Source: a virus (taxonomy: Duplodnaviria > Caudoviricetes). From it: a DNA stretch of 64,000 nt. Within the stretch, counting starts at the first letter, position 1; every line of letters starts with the position of its first letter. The position numbers and the translations under genes were made by a program. The DNA lies in the IMG/VR virus record IMGVR_UViG_2731957839_000001, positions 1,546-65,545 of that record; one strand, written 5' to 3'. This document shows positions 1 to 9,126 of this stretch, in pieces. The notes under the pieces are model-generated. The model made no database searches and had not been told where the DNA came from. It saw nothing but the letters and a program-made list of their open reading frames with translations.

Positions 1-1
1 A

Positions 2-244
2 CGCATGCCAATGCCCATTGACGATACCTCGCGGGAGGAAGGCAACAATGGGTGGAGCGTCACTGATGATCGCCGAGCTGTAGGTGATCTGCGCCCGTAC
101 CCCGTGGCGGTTGTCGGGGAACTGCCGACACCGATCCAAATAGGGGCCGAACGATCCGCGACGCGCCACCGCCATCGTCACGAAGTCAGCATCGATCGTC
201 ACTGCTCCAGAATCATTGAACGCTTTGAAGCCATAGTTACTCAT
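2..244 (-). CDS. Tail-tip accessory protein, partial (runs off the window edge)
   Basis: Read manually: MSNYGFKAFNDSGAVTIDADF..., open to position 2; ATGA overlap with the stop of 241-579; N-terminus resembles the neighbouring gene. Confidence 0.7.
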   Translation of the reverse strand, partial: MSNYGFKAFNDSGAVTIDADFVTMAVARRGSFGPYLDRCRQFPDNRHGVRAQITYSSAIISDAPPIVAFLPRGIVNGHWHA

Positions 245-579
245 GCCGATCCCACCATAATGACGTCGATGTTGGCCCGGTACGAACTGCCAGAAGACGC
301 GCTCAAGATGAGTTCGCCGTCACCAACTGTCACCGTAGGGAGACTGGCCCGCACCCCATTCTTGTACCCGGAATATGTACCCCACTGTGTGTACGACCCG
401 GGCAGCACATTCACCATCGCGTGAACCCCCGGCTTGGCCAGCGGTGTCGCTACACGCACCACGCCGGAACGATTGCCGAGACGAATCTGCACCTTGCCCA
501 GCACCCGCATGGTGAAGTCGGTCTCGCTGAAGATGAGTTTCCCGTCCTTGTCCCAAATCCGGAGCCCCATCACGCTCAT
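241..579 (-). CDS. Small tail-tip associated protein
   Basis: MGLRIWDKDGKLIF start typical of small genes downstream of central fibre/J genes; coupled to neighbours. Confidence 0.65.
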   Translation of the reverse strand: MSVMGLRIWDKDGKLIFSETDFTMRVLGKVQIRLGNRSGVVRVATPLAKPGVHAMVNVLPGSYTQWGTYSGYKNGVRASLPTVTVGDGELILSASSGSSYRANIDVIMVGSA

Positions 580-1754
580 AACGTCTGGTCCCCCAACTGG
601 ATGCGCAGCCTGGCGTTGTCGAAAAACTTCATCACGTTGTCGCGCATTTCGAAACGTCCGTTACCGTTGCTGCTGTTCATCGCCATGCCACCGTTCTTGT
701 CGAGAATCCAGCGCGGCTGGCCATTGCTCGCCACCTGATTGGAGCGGATGACCCCGGCGATGTTGGCATCAGTGATTTGGATCGAGTTCACGTCGATCAT
801 GTCGACGCGCAGCCGCCCCGCCACGGTGGTGACCGGATTGCCGGCGCCGTCGACCAACTTTCCGAAGCTGATTGGCCCTAACTTACCCTGCTGGATCGTA
901 CCGTCGCGAATCACCGCGGCGTCCAGGTAGAGCACATTGTTGTAGAGGATGAAGGGCTTGATCTTGCCAGTACTGCCGGGCGAGGCCACCCAGAAGGTGT
1001 CGGCCAAGATGGCGAACTCCGACGTGGTGCCGTTGTTGTACGAACCGAAGCCGGAGATATAGCCATTCACATCGAGGCGCACGGTGTACTGCGCCTTGAG
1101 CCCCTCAACCACCTGACTGGTCTGGGTGATGCTGGTCTTCATCCCGTTAACCGTGCCCCGGAATGACGCCGACAGGTCGCCCTCATCGATGTGCCCGGAA
1201 ATATCCGCCATCAGCTCGGCGACGTCCGCCTGCTTGGTGGCCGACACGACATTGGAAAACGGACCTTCCCGGTTGTATTCAGACAGGAAACGCACCCAGT
1301 AGTAATACTTGGTCGCGTTGCTATCCGGGATACGGTCGAAGTACAACTGCCCGCGCGAACTGTCGAGCAGCACGCGGGTGGTCGGGTCCGGCTTGTCGCT
1401 GCGCCAGATTTCCGCAAAGGCATGGACGTTGTACTGCTGGTATGGCGTGTCCCAGGTCAGCGAGATCCCGCCGAAAACACCCTCTGCCCCTAATGCCACT
1501 GGCATCGGTGGGATAATCCGCGCTTCGGCGGACTCCACCGTGACCGGTACCAGTTGGCCGTTGCCCTGCCCGCCGAGCCGCGCGATCCCGCCTTCGAGCA
1601 GGTCGCGACGGGTCACCCCTTCTTCCAGCGGATCGCCTCGGCGGCCCAGACGGACCTCCACCGCCTCTTTCATCGCCGCCAGCATTTGCCGCATCTGCGG
1701 CGAGGCATCCTTCGGCGGCTCTGGAATGGTAAACGTGACCTTCTTGCCTGCCAT
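576..1754 (-). CDS. Tail tip/central fibre protein with DUF1983-like (J C-terminal) region
   Basis: AQYTVRLDVNGYISGFG, FAILADTFWV, PFILYNNVLYLDAAVIRDGTI motifs; FN3-like segment (EIWRS...YYYWVR); start chosen at TGATG overlap at 1754. Confidence 0.75.
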   Translation of the reverse strand: MAGKKVTFTIPEPPKDASPQMRQMLAAMKEAVEVRLGRRGDPLEEGVTRRDLLEGGIARLGGQGNGQLVPVTVESAEARIIPPMPVALGAEGVFGGISLTWDTPYQQYNVHAFAEIWRSDKPDPTTRVLLDSSRGQLYFDRIPDSNATKYYYWVRFLSEYNREGPFSNVVSATKQADVAELMADISGHIDEGDLSASFRGTVNGMKTSITQTSQVVEGLKAQYTVRLDVNGYISGFGSYNNGTTSEFAILADTFWVASPGSTGKIKPFILYNNVLYLDAAVIRDGTIQQGKLGPISFGKLVDGAGNPVTTVAGRLRVDMIDVNSIQITDANIAGVIRSNQVASNGQPRWILDKNGGMAMNSSNGNGRFEMRDNVMKFFDNARLRIQLGDQTL

Positions 1755-3394
1755 CAGCGCAGCTCCTGAGTTGATTGGCACACGCCGATTTCAGTGACGC
1801 GCGCACCACTGGGTGCCGCGACTTCCAGCTGCCACTCGCAATTGAGCTGCCCGCCCGCCAAACGGAACGGTTGCCGGCCGGTAACCACGTAGCTGCGCGC
1901 CACGCCGTCGGCGGTCACCGTGAGCGTCACCGGGTAGACGGTCGAGAGCACACGGGCAAAACTGAACGACACCGGCGGCGTGGTCAGCACTTTGGACTTC
2001 CAGCGGAACGCCCCACCTGGGCCGGAGACGATGTCGAATGCCACACCAGCGCTGTTGAGCAGCACCACGGTGTCACGCATGGCGTCGTAGTAGGCTTGGC
2101 GCAAAGTGGATGGCAACACGGCGCTCAGGCCGAGCACGACAAAACCGCCGCCGGCCGGGTCGAACATCCACCACTGGTTGCCGACGCTGAACACGTAGTA
2201 GCCCTCGTGGGCAAACGCCACGATGTTGGCCGGGACGAAATCACGCAGCCAAGTCCGGCGGTCCATGAAGTCCTTGGTGATGACCTTCACATCGCTGCCG
2301 GCGACCGCTACCAGCCCGTCATGGCTGGCATAAATCACATAACCACCCATGTCGACGATGCTTTTGGCCGACAGGCACGGATGGTTGGCATCCAGTTCCA
2401 CCGGGGTGGCCGACGCTGGATCAGCACCCGAGCACCAGTACGGTTTGCCGAGGGTCGCCACCAACAACCCGTTCTGGGTCGCGGCCATTCCGACGATGGG
2501 GTACTTCAGTGGGAACCGATACGCTTCAGGCCACGCATGCGGCAGCAACGCTTCGCTGTAACACAGGTAGTTGCTGTAGAACCCGGCGACGAAGTTGGAC
2601 GCCACTGGGGTCATGCGTTGCAAACCCACCGGCGGCGGTACCCAGTCGGTGGAAACCAGCGCCTCCCCTTCGTTGCCCATCGGCACGTTGTCGGTCCAGC
2701 CGCCCAGCGCAATGGGAATGTCAGCGAGGAATTGCCACTCGGAAGAGGAACCGTCGAACGCCGCCCGATACACCCGGCGCACCGCACCAGAAATTGGAAA
2801 CTCAGGGAGCGATTCAGCCGTGAAATTCAGGTTGCAGGTGAACGGCAGGTTGTTGGGCAACTGCGCCTGGGTACTCGGCGGCGACGGCGCACCCTCGTGG
2901 CCATACTTATCGACGAAGGTGAAGATGTAGGCCACGTAGGACAGGTCCGCCGCTTGCCCAGCAGGCACGGTGAACGCCGGGGTACCCACTACTGCGGGAT
3001 ACAACGGTGTTGGTACACCCAGTTTGTAGCTGACCGGATTCAGTGACAGGCCACCCTTGAGGTAGTTGTCCGCCACGGTGTAACGCGGACCTGAGGCCGT
3101 GGTGTAGTAAACCCGCCCCCACTGATCCGACACCGACAACAGCGAGGCAAAAGCCACGCCGTTGGTTGCGGTAGTCAGTTGTAAACGGGTGTCGTCGTTG
3201 CCGGGCCGCAGAATGCTCATGCACTGCGCGGCCAATGGAGAGAACGGCAGTGAAGGCTGCGCCGTGACGATGCTCTCCCCCAGCACACCGCTGGAAAAGT
3301 CGACGTTGTACGCGTCAGTGGCCAACTTGTCGGCCAGGGCGCGCGGCTCGATGCCGGGGGCCATGCCCCCGAATTCATTCAGGGCGATTTTCAT
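1754..3394 (-). CDS. Podovirus tail stabilization / tubular protein B-like (beta-propeller)
   Basis: MKIALNEFGGMAP start, CYSEALLPHAWP and CLSAKSIVDMGGYVIYASHDGLV motifs; size ~546 aa. Confidence 0.65.
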   Translation of the reverse strand: MKIALNEFGGMAPGIEPRALADKLATDAYNVDFSSGVLGESIVTAQPSLPFSPLAAQCMSILRPGNDDTRLQLTTATNGVAFASLLSVSDQWGRVYYTTASGPRYTVADNYLKGGLSLNPVSYKLGVPTPLYPAVVGTPAFTVPAGQAADLSYVAYIFTFVDKYGHEGAPSPPSTQAQLPNNLPFTCNLNFTAESLPEFPISGAVRRVYRAAFDGSSSEWQFLADIPIALGGWTDNVPMGNEGEALVSTDWVPPPVGLQRMTPVASNFVAGFYSNYLCYSEALLPHAWPEAYRFPLKYPIVGMAATQNGLLVATLGKPYWCSGADPASATPVELDANHPCLSAKSIVDMGGYVIYASHDGLVAVAGSDVKVITKDFMDRRTWLRDFVPANIVAFAHEGYYVFSVGNQWWMFDPAGGGFVVLGLSAVLPSTLRQAYYDAMRDTVVLLNSAGVAFDIVSGPGGAFRWKSKVLTTPPVSFSFARVLSTVYPVTLTVTADGVARSYVVTGRQPFRLAGGQLNCEWQLEVAAPSGARVTEIGVCQSTQELR

Positions 3395-3728
3395 CTGCTT
3401 TCCCGGGATAGAGCCAACTGGACACGCGTTGCTCCAACAGGGCAATCGCGCGCCCACCCATGTGCCCGGAGATACCGGCAAAGGCCATCGTCAGGTACGG
3501 AGGGAAGTTGGCAGAGAGGCAGAAGTAGCCAGTGACGACACCGGCAAAACCGGAGATCGTCCACTCGCCGATCAGCTCGACGAAACTGAACGGCATCTTG
3601 GTGCGACGGACCCGGGCGATGTAGCTGGCCGTGCCGCCCCAAACGGCGAAGCACAGGACCCACACCCAACTGAGGCCGACGACATCCAACAGCGATACCG
3701 CTTTGGCGGCCAGATATGCGCCGTCCAT
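3375..3728 (-). CDS. Holin (three predicted TM helices, LydA-like)
   Basis: Hydrophobic segments and the AGISGHMGGRAI motif; directly downstream of the endolysin. Confidence 0.8.
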   Translation of the reverse strand: MDGAYLAAKAVSLLDVVGLSWVWVLCFAVWGGTASYIARVRRTKMPFSFVELIGEWTISGFAGVVTGYFCLSANFPPYLTMAFAGISGHMGGRAIALLEQRVSSWLYPGKADENRPE

Positions 3729-4144
3729 TACCAGCCACCCTTGCGCATGGCGGAGGCCAAACGATCTGCCCGATCACCCACCTGGTCTGCCCATTTGGAT
3801 TCGAGCATCTGGCGCGCAGCTTCTTCCCAATTGTTGGCGAGCACCGCGGCGATCATCTTTTTGAAGCCGGCCAACTTCGTGTAGCCCATGTTGAACATCA
3901 TGTTCACCAAGGCTTCTTGGCGAGCCTCGGCGATCGCATCAAAGTTGCGGAACATGCGGCGGCATTCACCAATCGCTTCGCTGACGTCATTGACCAACAT
4001 CAGGTCGATCTCGTCATCGCGGAAGCCGCGATCCGTCAAGTTCCGACCCACTCCGCCGGAGATTTTGCCGACCGTGTCGGTGTAGATCCGCTTGCGCCGA
4101 TCCTCATCGATGGATAGGCGCGCGTATACGCGCTGAAGATTCAT
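3728..4144 (-). CDS. Endolysin, GH24/T4-lysozyme-like
   Basis: E-x8-D-x5-S (IDEDRRKRIYTDTVGKIS), GVGRNL, NMMFNMG, SKWADQVGDRA. Confidence 0.9.
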   Translation of the reverse strand: MNLQRVYARLSIDEDRRKRIYTDTVGKISGGVGRNLTDRGFRDDEIDLMLVNDVSEAIGECRRMFRNFDAIAEARQEALVNMMFNMGYTKLAGFKKMIAAVLANNWEEAARQMLESKWADQVGDRADRLASAMRKGGW

Positions 4145-4326
4145 TTGCCCACCACGCGCTGGATTGGATTGACACGGTTGCCGAGGGCTTGACGCACGAT
4201 CGCGACAACCTGGTCATCCACGGTGTTGGTGGTGCGAGCAGCGGCCTGTTCGAGACCGATAAGGACCACCTGTTGAGTGAGGCGGTCAGAGAAGAACTTG
4301 AGTAGGAATAGAGCGAGGAATCGCAT
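4141..4326 (-). CDS. Small amphipathic lysis-cassette protein
   Basis: 61 aa, ATGA-coupled to the endolysin, hydrophobic N-terminus, TTNTVDD motif. Confidence 0.6.
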   Translation of the reverse strand: MRFLALFLLKFFSDRLTQQVVLIGLEQAAARTTNTVDDQVVAIVRQALGNRVNPIQRVVGK

Positions 4327-4363
4327 GGCTGCACCCTTGGTTGGGCGCAGCCGTGCGCGCTAG

Positions 4364-4384
4364 AATAATAGCATTGCGTTTATT
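4364..4384. promoter_or_regulatory. Palindromic operator-like site 1 (upstream of lysis cassette)
   Basis: AATAATAGCATTGCGTTTATT; minus strand contains extended -10-like TGCTATTAT. Confidence 0.75.
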
Positions 4385-4778
4385 TTACCCCAATCGAAGG
4401 AACTTGGCGCGCGATGTTGTAACTCGACCCGCCACCGATGCGCACACCCTGGTACAGCAAGATCGCTCGCATTTTCGGCACCCCTTCCGCGATCAGTGCA
4501 CGGTAGAAAACCTCATCACAAATCGCCCGGGTGTGTTTGCCATTGCGGTACAGGTAGTCATGCACCGTGGCGGCCTTGTTGCCGTACCCGACCAACAGCG
4601 CATAAAGCCAGAACAACAGTGGCGTGTTCAGGCACTGGATGCTGGCGAAGTCGGTGCCAAAGCCAGCCGGCACTTTCACCACCCCGACCAAATCATCGAG
4701 AAAGATCAATTCATCGAGCAACTTGTGGTCCCACTGCGCCACTTCTTCGGTGCGCAGGCTAGACAGGAACTTACTCAT
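4380..4778 (-). CDS. DUF1353 family protein
   Basis: VPAGFGTDFASI...AATVHDYLY...CDEVFYRAL...YQGVRIGG. Confidence 0.85.
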   Translation of the reverse strand: MSKFLSSLRTEEVAQWDHKLLDELIFLDDLVGVVKVPAGFGTDFASIQCLNTPLLFWLYALLVGYGNKAATVHDYLYRNGKHTRAICDEVFYRALIAEGVPKMRAILLYQGVRIGGGSSYNIARQVPSIGVK

Positions 4779-5347
4779 TCAGGCCACCCTTCTTCGAGCA
4801 TCGATTCGGTGTAGGTGTCGCTCTGCACTGCGGCGATTAGCTCCGCTTCCCGGTCAAAGCAGGACTGGACGTGCGCTCGCACCGCTTGTGACACAGCGGC
4901 CAAGGTGGCGGCATTCAACTCGACAAACCCCACCGGGGTTTTCCAGTTACAGACGTAGCTGGGATCGAGCACCGAAGCCAGTGTGGCCCCGGTGATCAAA
5001 CCCTGACTGTCACGTCCGGTGTCGATGGCCAAACCATTGAAGGTAATCCCTCTGGTTTCCTCGGTGTAACGGCGATCGGCGATGTCGTGCTTGAGTTGTT
5101 CGGGAGTACGTTGCAATGACGCTGCAATGGGGCCATGCACCCCCGCCATAATTGCTTCGTATAGTTCGACCCCGTGGACTTCACAGTCATGCGGGGAGGC
5201 GGTGAAAGGAATCCACCCATGCGCAACATGCTGGATTTCACAGTCAATAGCCCCCCCATTACCATGCCGTAAGTTACGAACCCCCACAAAGGTGGGTTGA
5301 GGAACTCCAACTTCCTGTGGGGGCGATACAGGTAACTCACTCATCAT
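4775..5347 (-). CDS. Tail fibre assembly protein (DUF4376-like C-terminus)
   Basis: GWIPFTASPHD N-domain; RRYTEETRGITFNGLAIDTGRDSQ...HVQSCFDRE; follows the fibre gene. Confidence 0.75.
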   Translation of the reverse strand: MMSELPVSPPQEVGVPQPTFVGVRNLRHGNGGAIDCEIQHVAHGWIPFTASPHDCEVHGVELYEAIMAGVHGPIAASLQRTPEQLKHDIADRRYTEETRGITFNGLAIDTGRDSQGLITGATLASVLDPSYVCNWKTPVGFVELNAATLAAVSQAVRAHVQSCFDREAELIAAVQSDTYTESMLEEGWPE

Positions 5348-7080
5348 GAAACCCTCAACATTATAGTACCGCAGTTGTTATTAGCTGGACCCATTGCCTT
5401 CCAACTGCCGAAGTTTGGAGTGCCATAGTTCTGGCTCTCAGCATCGGTGTAGGCGACCTGGTTACCACCGAAATAAGTACCCGCGCCATAGTTAGTACCG
5501 GTGATGTTTTTCATAAAGGCATACGCACCCACACCAAGAGGGGCAGTCTCGGAAACCTTGGTGATTACATTGCCGATTTGCATGTAATTGGCCACCAAGA
5601 AGTTACTTAGGTAACCTCCCCATACAGCACCGCTCACATTCCCATCGTTTTGGTAGACGGATGCTCCGGCCCAAAGGTGGGTTCTGGCGGCGCAGGTTCC
5701 ATCAGCTAGAATGCGGAAGTTGCTAGCGTTCCCCCCGTTATCAAAATACAGGGTGGTATCATTGACCTTCATGGTCATAGAACCACGCCAGGCATTCCCA
5801 GCCGCGTTAATAGTCCCGATACTGGTCACGCCGTCCGTGATGGCAGCTATGTTGCTGCCGTAACAAGATATGTTAGTGCCACTAAGTGCGCCTTGTGCAG
5901 AGATATTACCGAGCGCACTGATATTAACCGCAGCGCTAAGACTAGCCAGAGTAAGGTTGGCATACGCTGCTAAACCTTGGTTGTACAGCCTGAATTCGTT
6001 AGCAGCCCTTAACTGAAGACTACCTGCGTACCCGCCCGGTTGATGGAATCCAAGCGTAGGAAACACCGTGTTAGCGGCGCCGTTCCCTTGAATTTCTACC
6101 CCTCCAGTAGAGAAGTCGTTTCCTGAACCTGTCCCGATTATGTGGTTGGCGGAGATACCACCAGACACGTCACGACTTACTATCGTATTTGGGGTAGCAA
6201 CGTAAACCGCTGTAATCCTCGCCGAGTTGGCCAAGCTATTGAGCTGCCCTTGGACCTTTGCAAACGCACCCATTACCGTGTCAGTCGCTGCCACCGCCGT
6301 GTTGGTCCCGACCAGATAACCAGCAAGCACCGTCCCGCGGACATTAGTCGCAAAGTTACTGGCTACATCGCTGATCTGGCTCTGTAGCTTGCCCAGACTG
6401 GAGAGCACAGTGTCCGTTGCTGTGATGACCGCGTTAGTAGCCGTCGAAAGGCCGGTCAGCGTGATCGCACGTACGTCTGTTGGTAGGTCGCGCCAGGTCT
6501 TGGTGCCGGCATAGAACTTGTTCACCGTGTCCGCCACAACGGTCGGCTCTTTGCCGGCCAGTGCGTTGGTCACAGTGGCCGCGAAATTCGGGTCATTGCC
6601 CATGGCCGCGGCCAGTTCATTCAGCGTGTCCAGCGCCCCCGGTGCTGAGGCAATCAGGTTGGCAATCGCCGCCTGGACAAACGCTGTATTCGATGCCTGC
6701 TGGGAGTTGGTACCCAGTGCCGCTGTCGGCACCGTTGGAATCCCCGAGAACGCGGGACTAGCCAGATTGGCTTTACTGTCCAGCTGCGCCTGAAGATCAC
6801 CCGCCGTCAGCGCCTGATAGCAGAAGGCAACGCCGGACCATGCCACCGCCGCGGTGCCTTCTTGCCCGCGCGTAACGCCGGTCAGTTGAAGGCCAGCGCG
6901 CGCGGTGTAACGGATGATCTCGACCTGACTCGGTTTGGTCGGGCTGTCGGCCAGGATCAGCACACCACCAGTAGTCGGTGGCAACTGAAACGGCGCTACT
7001 GCGGCAAGCACCGTGATCTCGGTGGCGGCCGCACTCAATGGCAGCGTCAGCTGGCACTGGACGAAGTTTGCATAGCTCAT
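5344..7080 (-). CDS. Tail fibre protein
   Basis: KANLASPAFSGIPTVPT and APGALDTLNELAAAMGNDPNFA fibre motifs; start MSYANF at ATGA overlap (7080). Confidence 0.9.
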   Translation of the reverse strand: MSYANFVQCQLTLPLSAAATEITVLAAVAPFQLPPTTGGVLILADSPTKPSQVEIIRYTARAGLQLTGVTRGQEGTAAVAWSGVAFCYQALTAGDLQAQLDSKANLASPAFSGIPTVPTAALGTNSQQASNTAFVQAAIANLIASAPGALDTLNELAAAMGNDPNFAATVTNALAGKEPTVVADTVNKFYAGTKTWRDLPTDVRAITLTGLSTATNAVITATDTVLSSLGKLQSQISDVASNFATNVRGTVLAGYLVGTNTAVAATDTVMGAFAKVQGQLNSLANSARITAVYVATPNTIVSRDVSGGISANHIIGTGSGNDFSTGGVEIQGNGAANTVFPTLGFHQPGGYAGSLQLRAANEFRLYNQGLAAYANLTLASLSAAVNISALGNISAQGALSGTNISCYGSNIAAITDGVTSIGTINAAGNAWRGSMTMKVNDTTLYFDNGGNASNFRILADGTCAARTHLWAGASVYQNDGNVSGAVWGGYLSNFLVANYMQIGNVITKVSETAPLGVGAYAFMKNITGTNYGAGTYFGGNQVAYTDAESQNYGTPNFGSWKAMGPANNNCGTIMLRVS

Positions 7081-7394
7081 TTGTCGCGCACCTTCACTTT
7101 GAATTCGACTTCTTTTTGGCGGTCTTGCTCGGTCACCACCACGCAGGTCACGATGTAATCCACATACTCGGTGCCCCCTCCAAGCCAAAGCTTGAAGCGC
7201 ACCGGCTGATCCCCGAACAGGGTGTAATTCGGATGGGGGATCGGTCCGAGGATCAGTGTCGGAACGGGCTCGCTGGTGCTGCGGATCGTAATGTCCACCC
7301 GCTGGATGTCGTCGCCGGGTACATCGCTAAACCACGCCGCCATGTCCACGTCGTAGTCGAGGACATCGTTCGGCTGTTTGGTAAATGTCGTCAC
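7077..7394 (-). CDS. Fibre-tail adaptor-like protein
   Basis: FTKQPNDVLDYDVD...KLWLGGG...Y.VTCVVVT pattern; next to the fibre gene. Confidence 0.7.
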   Translation of the reverse strand: MTTFTKQPNDVLDYDVDMAAWFSDVPGDDIQRVDITIRSTSEPVPTLILGPIPHPNYTLFGDQPVRFKLWLGGGTEYVDYIVTCVVVTEQDRQKEVEFKVKVRDK

Positions 7395-7403
7395 GGGGTG
7401 TCC

Positions 7404-8651
7404 TCATGCGGCTAGCAGCCGCACCTCCGAAGAAATGATTACAAGCCGCGAGAACGGGCCTTCGTAGTGGGTCCGGCTGAGCGGCGCAGGACCGACCTCA
7501 TTAACCAGGTTGAATCCCGATGCCGTCGCGGTGCCAAGTACCGAACCGCCACCAACACGATTTCGGACGGCCTCCGTGTCGACTGCCCGCCCCGTTGCTA
7601 TCAGGGCCGCGCTGATGCGGATCTCAGCGAGTGTCTGTACTGCGGTGGCCTTGGCCATAGCTGCTGACTGCGCCCCGAAGGTATGCCGCGCATCCGCCCG
7701 CACCTTCGCGGAAGCCGATGCACTGCCACGTACATTCGCGCTCAATTTGCACTTGCCCGTCGCAGTAGCTTTCGTCTGCCCCGGGGCACCGGTGACACCG
7801 GTCGCAATCACGAGGCCGTCGCCAACCAGGACCGCTTTTGGCGTGGCCGCACCCTTGCCACCGAACTGCTGCAACGCATAGCCCGAGGCCTGTGCTGCGC
7901 AATGCAGGGTTTGCAGTTGGTAAACGGTGGTGGTGCTGACCTTGGCGGTGGCCAAGCACACTGTGTTGCCTACCGCCTCGAACTCGCGAACGCCGGCGCG
8001 GGTAATTGCAGCGTCACCAAACAACGCGGCTGTGGCCGCACCGTAGCCTTGTGCGCCCGCCGTGCGGAGAACGAAGCCGGTGACTTCCGCGGTGGCCAAA
8101 CCGGAGCTCTTGGCACCGATGAACGCCGTCGCCGTTGCTACACCAGCAGCGGATGCCAAGGTGTCGCCGACGCCGACGTGGTATGTCGTGCCCACGCCTT
8201 TGGCAATCGCCCGCGCCGGAACACCATAGGCCAGTTGGTATACAAAGCCTTCGCCCTCGCCGGTCGCGTAGGACCACGCGGCCAAAGGCCGCGCCCGGGT
8301 CTTGCGATAAGCAACAGCGACTGGAGTGAGGTACGCATGCGCTTCACCGGCGGCGAAGTAATCTGCCTTCGCATAGCCTGCAATCGAGGCAACTGCGGTG
8401 CCAAGCGCGGAACGTGCAAAGAAGCTGACATGCGCCCGACCAGTGACCGTGGCTTTCGCCGCTGCCACTTTCGCCGGTGGTACCACTGTCTTGAATGCGA
8501 GGGTAGAGCTCGTGGCACGGGCAATCGCCGCACCACTGAAAATCTTGCGAACCTCCGGGACAGCCGACGCTTGCGCGACGCACGCAGCGACGCCCGAGAC
8601 CATAATCAGTCCCGAGAGTACGCCACCAAATAACGACCGCCCGAAGACCAC
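7404..8651 (-). CDS. Ala/Gly-rich repetitive virion (fibre-like) protein
   Basis: 415 aa with repeated A-x-A-x-A/G beta-like units; in the tail module. Confidence 0.6.
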   Translation of the reverse strand: MVFGRSLFGGVLSGLIMVSGVAACVAQASAVPEVRKIFSGAAIARATSSTLAFKTVVPPAKVAAAKATVTGRAHVSFFARSALGTAVASIAGYAKADYFAAGEAHAYLTPVAVAYRKTRARPLAAWSYATGEGEGFVYQLAYGVPARAIAKGVGTTYHVGVGDTLASAAGVATATAFIGAKSSGLATAEVTGFVLRTAGAQGYGAATAALFGDAAITRAGVREFEAVGNTVCLATAKVSTTTVYQLQTLHCAAQASGYALQQFGGKGAATPKAVLVGDGLVIATGVTGAPGQTKATATGKCKLSANVRGSASASAKVRADARHTFGAQSAAMAKATAVQTLAEIRISAALIATGRAVDTEAVRNRVGGGSVLGTATASGFNLVNEVGPAPLSRTHYEGPFSRLVIISSEVRLLAA

Positions 8652-8657
8652 TGCTTA

Positions 8658-9062
8658 TTAGGCCAGGGTGACGGTGAGCGAACCGACCGGGAACGACAAC
8701 ACGTCGGTCGGATCAAGAGTTTTCGGGTTCAGCATCGGCGCGTGATAGAGCAAGTTGCCAGAGTTCTGCGCGTCGAAAATACCCCAATGGGTGATGTTGA
8801 CCTGCACGTCGACAATCGGTGGGAACACCAGGTTACGAGTATTGCTGGTCGCGCCGTTCGACGGTGCAGTAAAGCCATCCGACACCACAGTAGTGTGCGC
8901 GCGTTGGCGGACATACGAGCTGTCGTTCAGTTCGGCGCCGGTACCAGCATCGGTTGGGTCAGATTTGAACAACGCCACGTAGACGCTGCCGCCGGTGTAA
9001 GTGCCGCCGCGCAGGGTGGCACTGACCAAAGTGTTTTCGAGGTAATCAGAAAAAGCCGACAT
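8658..9062 (-). CDS. Tail fibre-associated structural protein
   Basis: MSAFSDYLEN...YVALFKSDPTDAG...ITHWGIFDA...GNLLY pattern; GGAG RBS. Confidence 0.75.
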   Translation of the reverse strand: MSAFSDYLENTLVSATLRGGTYTGGSVYVALFKSDPTDAGTGAELNDSSYVRQRAHTTVVSDGFTAPSNGATSNTRNLVFPPIVDVQVNITHWGIFDAQNSGNLLYHAPMLNPKTLDPTDVLSFPVGSLTVTLA

Positions 9063-9100
9063 CGCGCACTCCAAGTAAAGGAAGGCGCGACCGTGCGCAT

Positions 9101-9121
9101 ATTAATAGCAGTGCGTTTATT
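9101..9121. promoter_or_regulatory. Palindromic operator-like site 2
   Basis: ATTAATAGCAGTGCGTTTATT, intergenic; shares the CCGTGCGC flank with site 1. Confidence 0.75.
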
Positions 9122-9126
9122 TTAGC

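Noticed and set aside
5344-7080. Diversity-generating retroelement acting on the tail fibre
   Set aside because: No reverse transcriptase or TR/VR pair seen in the window
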